A DNA stretch of 64,000 bases, taken from positions 157,480,001 to 157,544,000 of the forward strand of contig NC_043000.1 in assembly GCF_006345805.1 (NCBI RefSeq). Direction: 5' to 3'. The DNA comes from Octopus sinensis. Its lineage: Eukaryota. Positions 25,923 to 38,740 of the stretch are shown in pieces. The stretch's first letter is position 1. Every line of letters starts with the position of its first letter. Position numbers and translations under genes: made by a program. The notes beneath the pieces were generated by a model. It was not told the DNA's origin. It did no database searches and was given only the letters and a program-made list of their open reading frames with translations.

Positions 25923-27191
25923 TCCATCCAACCACACATACACACACACACACACACACACCAAGAGGCATTTATACACATGTATTGATTATGCACATCG
26001 GGTTTTCTGCAAATGAGCATTTTTAGAGGTTTCTCAAAGACGTGGATTCGTATGCAACAATTCTGTTGATCAGAACTTAACAATTGAGAACAAGTATTGG
26101 AAAATAATAGATAGATGCTTATTTAGTCAGAATAATACAAACCACATAATCATCATGAGCAGTGAATAACTGCTTGCAGTGTTGAAACAGCAAACGGATA
26201 GATGCAGAAATCATAATACCTAACGGAAAATTAAAATCTGTTGACATTCGTTAGAAGCCCACAGTGTTAACAAATTGGAACTTTTTAATGAAATTATTCA
26301 CTGACTGCCTAGATACGAGCTGCTATTTTCACTCTCTCTCTTTCACTCTCTTTCACTCTTCCTCTCCACATTTTCGTTATTATCTGGCCTGAGGTCGCGC
26401 AGTATCTTTCTTCATATTATTATTATTTATTTCATTACCGTTGCTATGCCAATGTTTCAATTAATGTACCATGAAATTTTTAAAAAGAGAGTAAAGAGAG
26501 AGAATGTGAAAGATAGAGAGATGAAGGAGAAAGGCAGGGTGAATTAAGAAGTAGAAAGAGAAAGAGGAAGAGAGAAGAGAGAGTATAATAACAAGAACAC
26601 GAAGATCATATACTAGATTGTCTTCGATAGCTATTAGAATAACGAAATGTTAGTTACTGACCAATTTCTAAACAAATCTTTTGATACTCACTGTATTAAA
26701 TATGTTAACGCGAGATTTGCTCTAGCTTTTTATGTGGACTGCATATACTAGTAATTTGTCTCGATTAGTTATACTTTAAAGTATAATTTCAACGCCAACA
26801 AATGTACAGCACTATATTTACCATGTGACTCTCTAATCAGTACTACGCCATGTATCATGAAATATATGCTTTTATCATAGTGACAGAAAGCAAAACATAT
26901 GTCTCGAGTTGTCTCCTGTACATCTCAAACTGACATGAACAATATTATTTACTGGTTGTTATTACTCTTTAAACTTTTCCGCAATTTTAAATTTCACAGG
27001 AATTTTGAACGAAATCACAATATAGGAGACAAAACCAAACGATCGTACTAGATTTGCTTTCCGTCTAACCGCTGCATATACATGCATGAATATATACGTA
27101 CGAACATGAACACACGCACACACAGACACACGCACTCACGCGCGCACACACATGCACAAACGTATAATATATATATGTATATATATATGTA

Positions 27192-27316
<125 letters not shown>

Positions 27317-27591
27317 TTGCATAGAATTCAATGATAATTAAGGGCGCAGAAATAACCATTTGAGTGGCTAGACGCCAAATACGTCTAGCCACTCAAAATT
27401 TTCCCCTTAGAATATACACAGGTTCAAAATCCGGCAAAGTGGACTGACCAAAAATTCATAGAATAATACAGATAAGATACTTATAGATTGATCAAAATCT
27501 GGACATTGATCAATCCAAAACTATTTGTAATATTTTATGAATTTTTTTTTATCACCTTACGAAAAAAAAAAAATAATGTATACACAGTTAC

Positions 27592-27702
27592 TCTGTGAGT
27601 AGAATTGTTCATAATCGTCAAGAAGAATTAAAACTGACAGTATCTGCTGGTGTAAGAGAAGATTAACAGCGAACTTTTGTAGGAATATTTCAATTAAATA
27701 GC
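27592..27702 (-). CDS. internal coding exon, unidentified host gene (YLIEIFLQKFAVNLLLHQQILSVLILLDDYEQFYSQ)
   Basis: Acceptor cttatgtattcctctacag, donor gtaact. 111 nt, phase 1-1, only one frame open. Confidence 0.68.
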
Positions 27703-27843
27703 CTGTAGAGGAATACATAAGCACACACACAAAATCCAAAACTAATACCCTCGTCCAGCATACCCAAGCCAGCACGGGAGAGTATGGCTGATGAAACTAT
27801 GATAAAACTAATATGAGCTATGTCTAATATTGTAGATTCTTAC

Positions 27844-27925
27844 GATGGAGGCACCTATCCGATGCCAGTGCGCACTCAGCCGCAGACAGAAATAAAGGGA
27901 CGTGATGATGAGTAGTGTTTAAAGT
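27844..27925 (-). CDS. internal coding exon, unidentified host gene (TLNTTHHHVPLFLSAAECALASDRCLH)
   Basis: Acceptor gttctccccatctacag, donor gtaaga. 82 nt, phase 0-1. Joins in frame to 27592-27702 across a 141-nt GT-AG intron. GC is higher than in the flanks. Confidence 0.72.
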
Positions 27926-28236
27926 CTGTAGATGGGGAGAACAGCTAAGGAAATGTAACCTTTCAGAAATGAAAACTTCAAAGAAGAAGGATTTCTTATT
28001 TCCAACTTATCTAATCAATTAACTAATTTCAATAAATATAAATTGGAGTACAGAAATGTATACATTTAAGTCATAATTATTGTATTAGGAGACTGTGTAG
28101 TAGGTACAAGGTTATGTTAGTTGCAACTACATCTGTCAGAATAGTTACAAGTGGGAAATACACTATTATTAGTTATAGTATTACTTATAAGTATAAGTCT
28201 AATAATGTTTGAAAGTTTTCAGTGTTAAACATTTAC

Positions 28237-28271
28237 AATTCCAAATCCTCGAGAGATAAAAGTTAAGCTTT
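28237..28271 (-). CDS. candidate 35-nt exon (SLTFISRGFGI)
   Basis: Acceptor cttgttgtactgcag, donor gtaaat. Phase 1-0, compatible with the next exon at 27925. Confidence 0.4.
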
Positions 28272-28934
28272 CTGCAGTACAACAAGTGAGACAGGTTCGC
28301 CTTAATTAAAAGGTTGCATCGATGGTTTTTTAAATAGTTTTAATTTTCAAATTCCAAATGTAACTAGACAACACAGCATCACTTCTCCCGAAGACATTTC
28401 AAAGTATGAACAAGAAAATTAATAGCGTTTCTGTCGAAAATTTGGTAAATTTTATTCTGTGATGTGAAAACTTTCCTCATTAAGTTAACAAACCCAACAA
28501 GGATTAAAAGCGTTACTGAATTAGCAGTTGATTAGTAACCGTATATAAACTTATTTTTAAACACATTTAAGAAATAGAGCATGGTTAAAGTAACTAGATA
28601 ATTACGGGAAATTTAATTAGTAGGAGGGAGATTGCAAATTTTGGGCAAAATTGCATTCATGATATGGATTTTATGATATAGCATTTGTGATATGGATAAT
28701 AGGAGTTGGTAAAGATTAGGGAGTAACATCAAATAAGCTAACAGTACAAAGATTAGTCCTCACGGTGACAGAAAGCCCATAACCTTTAGAAAAAATATAT
28801 AATGTCGGCCAATATAATATTGTTTGGAGATATTCAGTGATACTTGTCATTTGTAAATATTCGAACATACACACATATGTAATGCATTAAAATTCACGAT
28901 GTATATGTGTGTTTATATGTTGATATAATATATT

Positions 28935-29044
<110 letters not shown>

Positions 29045-29760
29045 GTATAAATATGTCTGTATGTATATATATGTTTATATATGTATGTATATGTATGTAT
29101 GTATGTATGTATGTATCTATCTATCTATCTATCTATCTCTGTATATATATATATATATTATATATATACTGGATATATATCCAGTAATTTTTTTGCTAGA
29201 TCATCTTGTCATTTTGTCTTCTCTCCTGGTACTGTATGAACATTTAACGTGGTGTTAGAGTCAAATTTTGGCTGCTATTTCCAGCGTGGAGGTATCTCTT
29301 AGACACCCTAAATTATAATTTTAATAATAATTATTACATTTGAAGGTTTTTATTCCCATTCTCGATAAGATCGATAATTAAATTAACGATCTTATACTTA
29401 TTATGTTTAGATTAACTTTATATATATATATATATATATATAATGGAAAAATTATACAACATGTAGAAGTGGATGATGAGTAAAACACCAGCACAGTTTC
29501 GATTACCTGTTATTATCTGTAAATGGCAGGAACTTCATACAGGCGGTAGATGTAACAGTATTAATAAAATATATGGGAAAAAGATTTTATTTAGTACGAC
29601 ACATGTTTCGATCGTTCAGGGTACTTTCGGTTACATAAATAATAGTAAAAGATAATTAAAGCTCTCACTAGAGTTTCAGTTTTATGTATGGCTAAATGTC
29701 CCGATCTCAAGAGAAAAGAATATAAGCTAGTGAGACTGTTATTTTTATTTATTTATATAT

Positions 29761-29795
<35 letters not shown>

Positions 29796-29922
29796 TGTAC
29801 CCGAAGAGATTCAGAACGGATCAAAACATGTGCCGTAGTAAATATTTTTTTCTCTTTTTTCATCTACCTTATTAAAACTGTTAAATATATAATATATATA
29901 TATATATATATGTATGTATATT

Positions 29923-29964
<42 letters not shown>

Positions 29965-30837
29965 ATATATATATATATGGGTATTGATCATAAAATGTGC
30001 ATAGATGGATCGACGAACATTCACACATGCAAATCAAATATGTTTTTATATACACAAGATTATTCGTATTATACGAGTAGTCTTGTGTATGCCGGAAGCA
30101 AAAGAAAACGAAACATTTGAATTTCTATAAAACCCGATTTCTTCCTCGTTGTAAAATACACACACATACATACGTGCACACATAGAAACTTTTTTTACAT
30201 ACATACCTTCTAATATACATACATATATATTTGTGTATATAGGTGAAAATATATCTACATGTATATACATATATATGCATAAAAACGTGCACACAATAAC
30301 AGGCACACTCATATATACACACGTATAGAGATACAGTTGTGTTGATTGGAAACAAGGTCAAGTGTAGACCATTGAATTCCTATAGCCTTACGACCTCTAT
30401 CCGATTTTACCTCATTGTCTATTTATATATTTTATTGATTACCCTGTTCTTTATTTGATGAAGTATTTTCACAATTAATACGAAAAGCAAGAAACGAAAA
30501 CAAGAACAGGATAGGTAACATCACTACTAACAATAATGCTAACATCCCCAGCAGATGTACCAGGAGTAAGTGCAACACTTAATCGTATCGTCCACTTATA
30601 TTTTATATTGCTTCATTTAACCTTTCTAGCGAATTAGTCTATATTTTCTACTTGCCCTCATATATACCAGAAAGAAAATTGTGTGTGTGGTGTGTGTGTG
30701 TGTGTGTGTGTATGGAGGTACTTTTTTAAGTAATGTATATATATATATATATATATATAAGTTGAAATACATTCACAAAAATCTTCTGATATACATGTAT
30801 GTGCTATGTATGTATGCATGTACGTATTTATGTATGC

Positions 30838-30909
<72 letters not shown>

Positions 30910-30914
30910 CTCTC

Positions 30915-30971
<57 letters not shown>

Positions 30972-31660
30972 GGAAAAAGTCAAGGTAGAAAATGCTAAAA
31001 TAATTTTATAAAAAACATTTTAGTACCGGTTTCAGTCATTGACACTTTTTCAGCTGTAAGTATGAAAAACAATTAAATTTTTGAAAATTAAAAGAAAAGT
31101 TTTTTTTAAAAGAATATTTGTATAGTGTTCAAATACAAGTGGCATTTTCCTTGTTTCTGCCTGTCTCTGCCTGTCTTGTTTACTCTTGTGGGTTCGAGGT
31201 CGTTCTGAATTCTTGGCAGGGAAGAATAAGAATAATAAGAAGAAGAAAAAGAAAAAGAAGAAGGGGGGGGGAGAAAATGCAGGAGTTCCATGGTAAGAGT
31301 AGGATGTTAAATGGTCAAGTGCCTTGAAAGTGACTTGTTGTGGATGCTAGTAGTGATTGAATTCTTGAGATATCTCTTTTGAATGATTTGTTTATAAAAT
31401 TTCCGTAGATGTTATTCTAAACAGCAATAGTGGTAATGTTAGGAAGGAGGTAGCGGAGGGGAAGAAGACGAAGAAAAAGAAGGAGAAAGAGAAGGGAGAA
31501 TAAGCAGGAGTATAGGTGGTATGATAGTAGTAGGATGTTAAATAGTTAAGTGACCTAAAAGTGGATCGTTAAGGATTATGTCAGTGATTGGAACTGTTTT
31601 TAATGAATTCTTGGGAATCTCTTGAGTGTACCATTTTTAATATTTGCGTGTGTGTTTGTG

Positions 31661-31975
31661 CTATTCTAAGGTCGTGGTGGATATGTCATTTGTTGTAGAT
31701 GTGGTCAAAAGGGGTCTGTATTTTGTAATAAAGGGAGTCTCTTTACTAATTCGTTGGCTACAGGTTGTATCGTCTCTGAATTGGTAGAGGGAGAAAGTTC
31801 TGAAGCTTGGATTTTTGTTATTGGCGCATATGTCGATGTGTTGGCTGAATGTTATTTTTCTGTTTTGCGGAATTTCGATCTGGGATCTGTGCAGAGCCAT
31901 CCTTTTACGTAGACTGTTTTTTGTTTGGCCTATGTATTGTTCTTGCCACCCAGAGCAGGTTAGTGCGTATATCAG
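31661..31975 (-). mobile_element. Penelope-like GIY-YIG endonuclease fragment
   Basis: Open frame LIYALTCSGWQEQYIGQTKNSLRKRMALHRSQI...FSQHIDIC...QRISKETPFITKYRPLL shows the IY...YIG, R and E signature. Confidence 0.85.
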
Positions 31976-31995
31976 TGCGTATAAGGCAAGGGGTG

Positions 31996-32030
<35 letters not shown>

Positions 32031-32825
32031 TATGCGTGTGTGTGTGTGCAACCGAAGTGGGATGGTGAGCGTTCAATGCTGAAAAGAAAAATAACTGTGT
32101 GAGTATATGTGTGTATGTTTATACATATGTACAAGGGAAGTAGCAATGATTTGACATGCCGACGCTCGCCCCCTGAAGATGGAAATGGCAGCGAAACCGC
32201 TGTTTTCTGATTGGTTGAAAATTCTGAAAATTATCAAACTTTGAACACTTGTAACACTTTTGCAAAACTTTTCTGGAATAAATGAATAACAAATTCGGAT
32301 TCAGCTTAAAAACTACATCTATAAGATATATTAAAAGAATTTTAAAGATAACTGTAAACAGTAACGAAAACCTCAGAGATCCGATATTTCTCCTTAAAAT
32401 ACATACCACGTTTTAATCCAAAACATAGGTTAAAATTGCATTGATAAACTAACTTTATAATTCAATAAGTCGCAAAACTGCGCAAACGGGTTAATAGAAT
32501 ATAACATTTCTGTTTCTGTAAGACTTCCTCTGGGAAAATTTGCACTAATATCTATGCAATAATTTTTTTTATGTGAAAATGTGATTATCTTTCACTATAA
32601 AACTCTGAACTAGAATTTTAATACAAGTATATTTTCAGTAAAACTTTTGCATAGAATGTCTTGTGAAAACAATTTTGTATCTTTAATTTCATATATGTAT
32701 GTACACACACGCACCTCAACCAACACATATTTGATTCGTTTACTGAAGAATTTCTAATAGGAAATGACACATGTGTAAAGGTGTATAAATAATACCAAAT
32801 CATTTTCCCACCTTCCTGTTTTGTT

Positions 32826-32870
<45 letters not shown>

Positions 32871-32951
32871 ATCTTTAAAAAAATTAAATTCGTTCACTAT
32901 ATAGATAGCATATTTTCTATTTTCTATTTTGTAGACATACATACATACATG

Positions 32952-34200
32952 CGAGGAGTACCCAAAAGTAACCGGAACATTCTCTATTGGACCAGCCCGT
33001 TGTATTTCAGGTTTCCGCTGTTAGAATCCACTTGATGCGACACTCAGTTATCCGTCTGCCGACCAGCATCGTTCGCTGTTGTCTTACTGCCACTTGGTCC
33101 GTCTCTTTGTTTTCCAGTACTTCTCTCGTGAACATCAATTTTGGTGCTGGCGTAAACGATGGAACAGCATGCTGTAGTGAAATTCTGTTTTCTACTGAGG
33201 AAAACGGTGGCCAAAACAGTTGCCATGCCTCAAACAGCTTACAAGGAGTCTGCTATGTGCAAAACAGAAGTTTACGAGTGATTTTCACACTTTAGGAATG
33301 GTCACTGTCACTTGAAAATCAATCTCGTTCATGGTCACCGTCGACCTTCCGAACGAATGAAAGCATTACGAAAATTCATGAACTGATCTTGGAGGACCGT
33401 CAGCGAACTTGTTAATATGAGAGGTGTGTCCTGGAGCTCCTACCAATGAATATTGAGCAAGGAATTTTGAATGCAAAAAGGTGCAGCAAAATTTGTGCCT
33501 CATTTGCCCACGGATGATCAAAAGCAGTCACGACTGGATGCGTATTGTGAACTGATCCGAACCTTTTTTTCAAAAGTTGATGAAAGCTGGCGCCACGGCG
33601 ACGACCAAGAAACAAAGCATCAATCAACTCAAAAGTGCAGCAAGTGAAGTCCTGTGTCAAGACGATGCCGATTTGTTTCCTTGATGCGAAAGGAATTGTC
33701 CACATAATTATTTGTTCCTCCTGGTCAAACTGTTAACCAAACATTTTACTTGGCGGTTCTGAAGTATTTGCGAGACACTGCAAGTCGAAAACGCCCCGAC
33801 CAGTGGCAAAGTGGGGAGTGGTGGTTTCATCAAGATAATGCACCTTCGCACACTACCTTGAGTGTGAGACAGATATTGACTCAAAATGGCATGACTTCGT
33901 TTATCCACGCTCCTTACTCACCTGATCTCGCTTCATGCAATTTCTTTTGTACCCGCAAGGGAAAAACGTCCTTAAAGGAATACATTTTGCAGATGTGGAA
34001 GAGGCGAAGAAAAAACGACGGAGGCGTTAGAAGGCATCGCTCGCAAGAGTCTTAGGACTGCTTTGAAGAATGGTAAACGCATCTGGACCAATACATTACT
34101 TCAAATGGAGAATACTTTGAAGATGATAAAAGTGTAAAGATGAAAATTAAACGAATAGAATAATACTGCAAAATTTCGGTTTCTTTTGGGTACCTCTTCG
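32952..34200 (+). mobile_element. full-length but decayed mariner transposon (about 1.25 kb)
   Basis: Imperfect TIRs cgaggagtacccaaaagtaaccggaa / ttcggtttcttttgggtacctcttcg|TA. Transposase motifs LILEDR, AAKFVP, EWWFHQDNAPSHT, HAPYSPDLASCNFF and SNGEYFEDD lie across frameshifts. Confidence 0.93.
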
Positions 34201-34299
34201 TACATATATATTTGTGCGCGCGCGTACACACACACGTACGCACTGGCATATACACACACACCACACACACCTAAAAAATAAAATGTTCTAATCTTGGCA

Positions 34300-34470
34300 C
34301 AAGGAGGACAACTTCCAGTCTGAAGATAGTTTTATCGACTACAGTGCTTTACTGGTATTTATTTGATCGATTCCGCAAAGGTGAAAAGCAAATCTGAGGG
34401 AGTGGAAATTACGACGTAAAATGTCGGAAGAAAGGCGACTAAATAATTTATGCGACGCAATTTGACGTTT
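34300..34470 (-). mobile_element. SINE family C, degraded
   Basis: ttatcgactacagtg...tttgatcgatt...aaaggtgaaaagcaaa...gtggaaatt pattern, as in the other family C copies. Confidence 0.4.
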
Positions 34471-34502
34471 CTGACTATGTGTGTGTGTGTGTGTGTTTGT
34501 AT

Positions 34503-34550
<48 letters not shown>

Positions 34551-34592
34551 GTAGACACACACGCAGCCATACATACATGCATACATACATAT

Positions 34593-34646
<54 letters not shown>

Positions 34647-34677
34647 CATACATACATACATACATACACACACACAC

Positions 34678-34746
<69 letters not shown>

Positions 34747-35544
34747 GATTGTATGTGTGTAGTACTGATTCTCTGGCACTTATGCACACCTACATAGACT
34801 TAGTCATTTGGAAGACATGTTTTTGAATGCAGACACATCTTCAGTGACAAAAAATGAACTTCTGATTGCCAATATGTAGTTCGGTTTAGCCAACTAAACA
34901 GATAATAAGAGAGAAGCTAAGAAGTGTATCTGTCGACGTGGCCGAACTTCAACTAAGTTTTCGTTTTTTTTTTCTCTTCTTCCTCCTGCTTTGCCTCTTT
35001 TTTTCTTCTTTTCACACCAATAAGTGAGAGCAAGTTTCTCATTATGAATTTAAACAGTAATTTTTGTTTTATTTTAGACGCCACACCATGTCTGGCACTG
35101 TTAAATTCTTTAATTAGCAATTCCCTTGTTTCTGGAGAAGGTGCCAAACCCATTCTTTCAGTTTTTATTGCAACCATCATTGGGCATCGTATTCATGAAT
35201 AATTTAAGTCTGAGCTATATTTTGCTATATTTTACTTTTTGAAAATAATATCTGTCATTTCAGTCATGCTTGTAGCAAAAAAGTGTTTTATCCCCCACCA
35301 TTCTCTACTGTGGGCTCTTCTTTCTTTTATTTCTTATTAAAGATTCAGTTTTTTTTTTCAAACACGTTCTTTATTATTATTATTTTTATTGAGTATCTGT
35401 TTATTTTCAGCTGTCATTCTCAGTCTTCGAAATAACACAGACCATATATATGTATTTCCATCTCTTTGAAATCTAATATAGAAAACAATATAATTAATAA
35501 TGATAACAGAAATAACAATTCTGATATCATCATCATTATTAGAC

Positions 35545-35735
35545 AGCGAGCCGGCAGAGTCGTCAACAGGCCGGGCAAAATGCTAAGCGGTATTTTGTCT
35601 GTCCTTCTTTACGTTCTGAGTTCAAATTCCGCTGAGTTCGACTTTACCTTTCATTCTTTCGGAGAAGATAAGTTAAGGACTAGTGAAACACTGGGGTCGA
35701 TTTAATCGACTAGCCCCGTCCCCCAAAATTTCCGG
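35545..35735 (+). mobile_element. SINE family C
   Basis: gcgagccggcagagtcgtcaacaggccgggcaaaatgctaagcggtatttt...acgttctgagttcaaattccgctgag...cactggggtcgatttaatcgactag. Confidence 0.85.
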
Positions 35736-35768
<33 letters not shown>

Positions 35769-35769
35769 G

Positions 35770-36190
35770 CCATCACAGTGACGCGGGGATACAATCAGTT
35801 AAGATCAAAAGCTACTGAATCAGGACGTAAAGACACGAAGGCCACTGCCTGGTACAGCATAAGCGCATAAAGCCACGAGAATCACTGCATGGTACCGCAT
35901 CAGGGCAGAAACCCACGAGAGCCACTGTCTGGTTCTGCATTATCAGACACTGGTGTAAAATACACGAAGCACAGTATACCCATCATGACTACTTGTCTGA
36001 TAAAGGTACACCAGACACATGCATCACAAACATGTGTGCATGATATGGTGATCTCATATCATGATAAGCAGCGCATGACCTTGCAGGTGGGGCCCAGTTA
36101 GAATTTTCGTCAGGTCAAGTACCCTATCCCGCTCAAATGATCCCTGAATAAGAGTTGTTTACGGTTACTCATGTTTTCAGAGGTGAATCT
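35770..36190. repeat. GC-richer dispersed-repeat fragment with three about 40-bp subrepeats; possibly a LINE UTR
   Basis: gccactgcctggtacagcat, atcactgcatggtaccgcat and gccactgtctggttctgcat are spaced about 40 nt apart. The family assignment is uncertain. Confidence 0.4.
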
Positions 36191-37496
36191 CAGCACTAAA
36201 CAGCAGTCCTTTCTGGCTAAAACATCGCTCAGAATGAAATGAGGGAATTGTCAAAGTGAAAGTATACTGAAACAAACTAAAATAAGCAGTATGTTAGGTA
36301 TAAAAGTGAAAGTCATCACTCATAATTTGATTGCTGGGTATGACATAATACTGTCATTATTATGTACAGAAACAGAGGCGAAAATAAACATTCCTCAGTG
36401 AAATAAAAATATTCGAACTACTATGTACACAGCAAAATACAAATATTTAATTATCGCATTGAACGCATAAATCTGCTTATAACAGACAAAAGAAATTCTC
36501 AATGCATAATAATTATTCTTATTCTCATTAAATCAAGTTGTATGATTTTCCGAATCATCCGACACTGGATTCTGAAAGCCAGGTGAGTAAATAGTCCCAC
36601 AATAAAATGGATTATTATAGAATAAAGTATAATTCAGTCGGTTTACCTCTGTCAACTAATTGCTACTGCAAAGTTCAAGATTTTGGTTCTACCTGGATGT
36701 TTTTGGAATAAAGGAGAAGAAATATTGTATTATATCATGCTTCAATCCTTCAAACAAATTCCTCTGTTAGGGGATTTTGAAGCCCAAACTAGCTAATATT
36801 ACAGCCGACTCTAAAGGGCTGAAATAGCTATTGACCCTCAAGGGGAAGATTAGATAAGCGAAGGCATGAAGGCACACCCACTAAATCAGATTGTAAAGAG
36901 TGGAATCGAGTTGAAAAATAATGGCGGGTATATTATTCTGTCTCTCTATTTGTGCACTATTGTTTGTATTATTCTAAAGTGGTGTGATGGTGTTGTCGAT
37001 GTGGGCGTCATGTTGATGTTTGTGTCAAAGAAGTTGTTGACGTTGGTGGTACTGTTGATGTTGAAGATGGTTTTGTGGTGGTGACGATGGTGCTTAGCTG
37101 TGCTTGCTATGAAGGTGATGGCGAGGCGATGGTAGTATTAATAACATCTATCGCTGGTGTTTGTTATAGGGGAAGCACCTGCAGGTCCTTGAGAATTGTG
37201 ATCGGAATAGCAGAAATCGATGAGGCTTATATTTTGCCATTTCATGATCGTAGTCACGTGATCCTTTGTAATTAATGAGTTGTCGAGAATTCTAAAATAA
37301 GGACGATAAAGAAATGACAAAAAATACATCAACCCTCGCCCCGACTAGATCTCAGTTTGATAAATAATTTAATTTAGCACCTCTTCCTTCTATTAGTAAC
37401 CCACTTCAATCTACTTTCTCTGCCTCTTTCCTACATTATATTTATTCCTTTGTTCTTCGCCAATTTACTTTTTTATTTAAACGATATCTCTCTCTA

Positions 37497-37575
<79 letters not shown>

Positions 37576-37581
37576 TTGCCA

Positions 37582-37647
<66 letters not shown>

Positions 37648-37797
37648 TTTCATCCTTCCTGTCTACATCCAGTTTTTACATTTTTCATATACGTTTTCAT
37701 ATTCCTTTATCGTTTTTCTACCTTATTTTCACTAACCTAAATCTATTATTACTTATATCCTCCCCAAAATCGCTATAATTATGCAGTCCCTTCTCCA

Positions 37798-37950
37798 CTC
37801 TTCTTCTTCTTCTTCTTCTTCTTCTTCTTCTTCTTCTTCTTCTTCTTCTTCTTCTTCTTCTTCTCTTCTTTCTTCTTCCTCTGCTTGCTGCTGCTGCTGT
37901 TGTTGCCGCTGCTGCTGCTGCTATTCTGCCGCCGCCGCTGCTGCTGCTGT

Positions 37951-37995
<45 letters not shown>

Positions 37996-38032
37996 CACCA
38001 CCACCACCACCACCACCACCACCACCACCACC

Positions 38033-38072
<40 letters not shown>

Positions 38073-38156
38073 ATACTACTACTACTACTGCTACTACTAC
38101 TACTACCACGACGACGACGACGACCACCACCACCACCACCACTACTACTACTACTT
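37798..38156. repeat. compound in-register trinucleotide array (TCT, GCT, GCC, ACT, ACC, ACG)
   Basis: Direct reading. Confidence 0.95.
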
Positions 38157-38394
38157 TCATCTTCAGTCTATAATGCTCTGCATGTTTTACTTCGTGATCT
38201 TTTAACAACCATAAACCATTAATCATGATCAGGTTCCCCGCCACCACCAGGTCAGCCAGGTTCGAGAATCAGAGTATTAAACTCTATGTAATATATATAC
38301 ACACACACATATATATGTATATATAAGTATATCGCACACAAAGACGCACACATATGCACATACACATATGTGTATATTATATATGTATATACAT

Positions 38395-38497
<103 letters not shown>

Positions 38498-38670
38498 CCG
38501 TTGTAGTTCGCTTGCAGCATTGTCCTACCGAAGAAAGAAAAGAGGGAATAGAAGTAAGCATCTGACAATTCAGTAAGTTTTACAAGACTTTTATGTTTCA
38601 AGCTGAAATGTCCATTCTGAGAAGGAACCTGTTCGGAAAATGTCTAGCCACACATGTTGTGTTATGTTAC

Positions 38671-38740
38671 TCAAACTCCGCCTTTGAGTAACAGAACCTG
38701 CGCAACTGGACTCTTTTCTTTTTAAGATGGGTCTTCGCGC
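38671..38740 (-). CDS. candidate internal exon (ARRPILKRKESSCAGSVTQRRSL); 3' boundary uncertain
   Basis: Acceptor ccttcatatttcag, phase-0 start. Possible exon ends at 38698, 38671 or 38629 all leave phase 1, compatible with 28237-28271. Confidence 0.42.

Noticed and set aside
23803-26026. Long ORFs of 185, 459 and 496 aa (HTYI repeats) and the many IY/VC/HT ORFs elsewhere
   Set aside because: These are stop-free translations of (CATA)n, (TA)n and (CA)n microsatellites, with no other sign of coding.
32172-32205. CUGAAGA...GAAACCGCUGUU motif
   Set aside because: Helix I and helix II do not pair.
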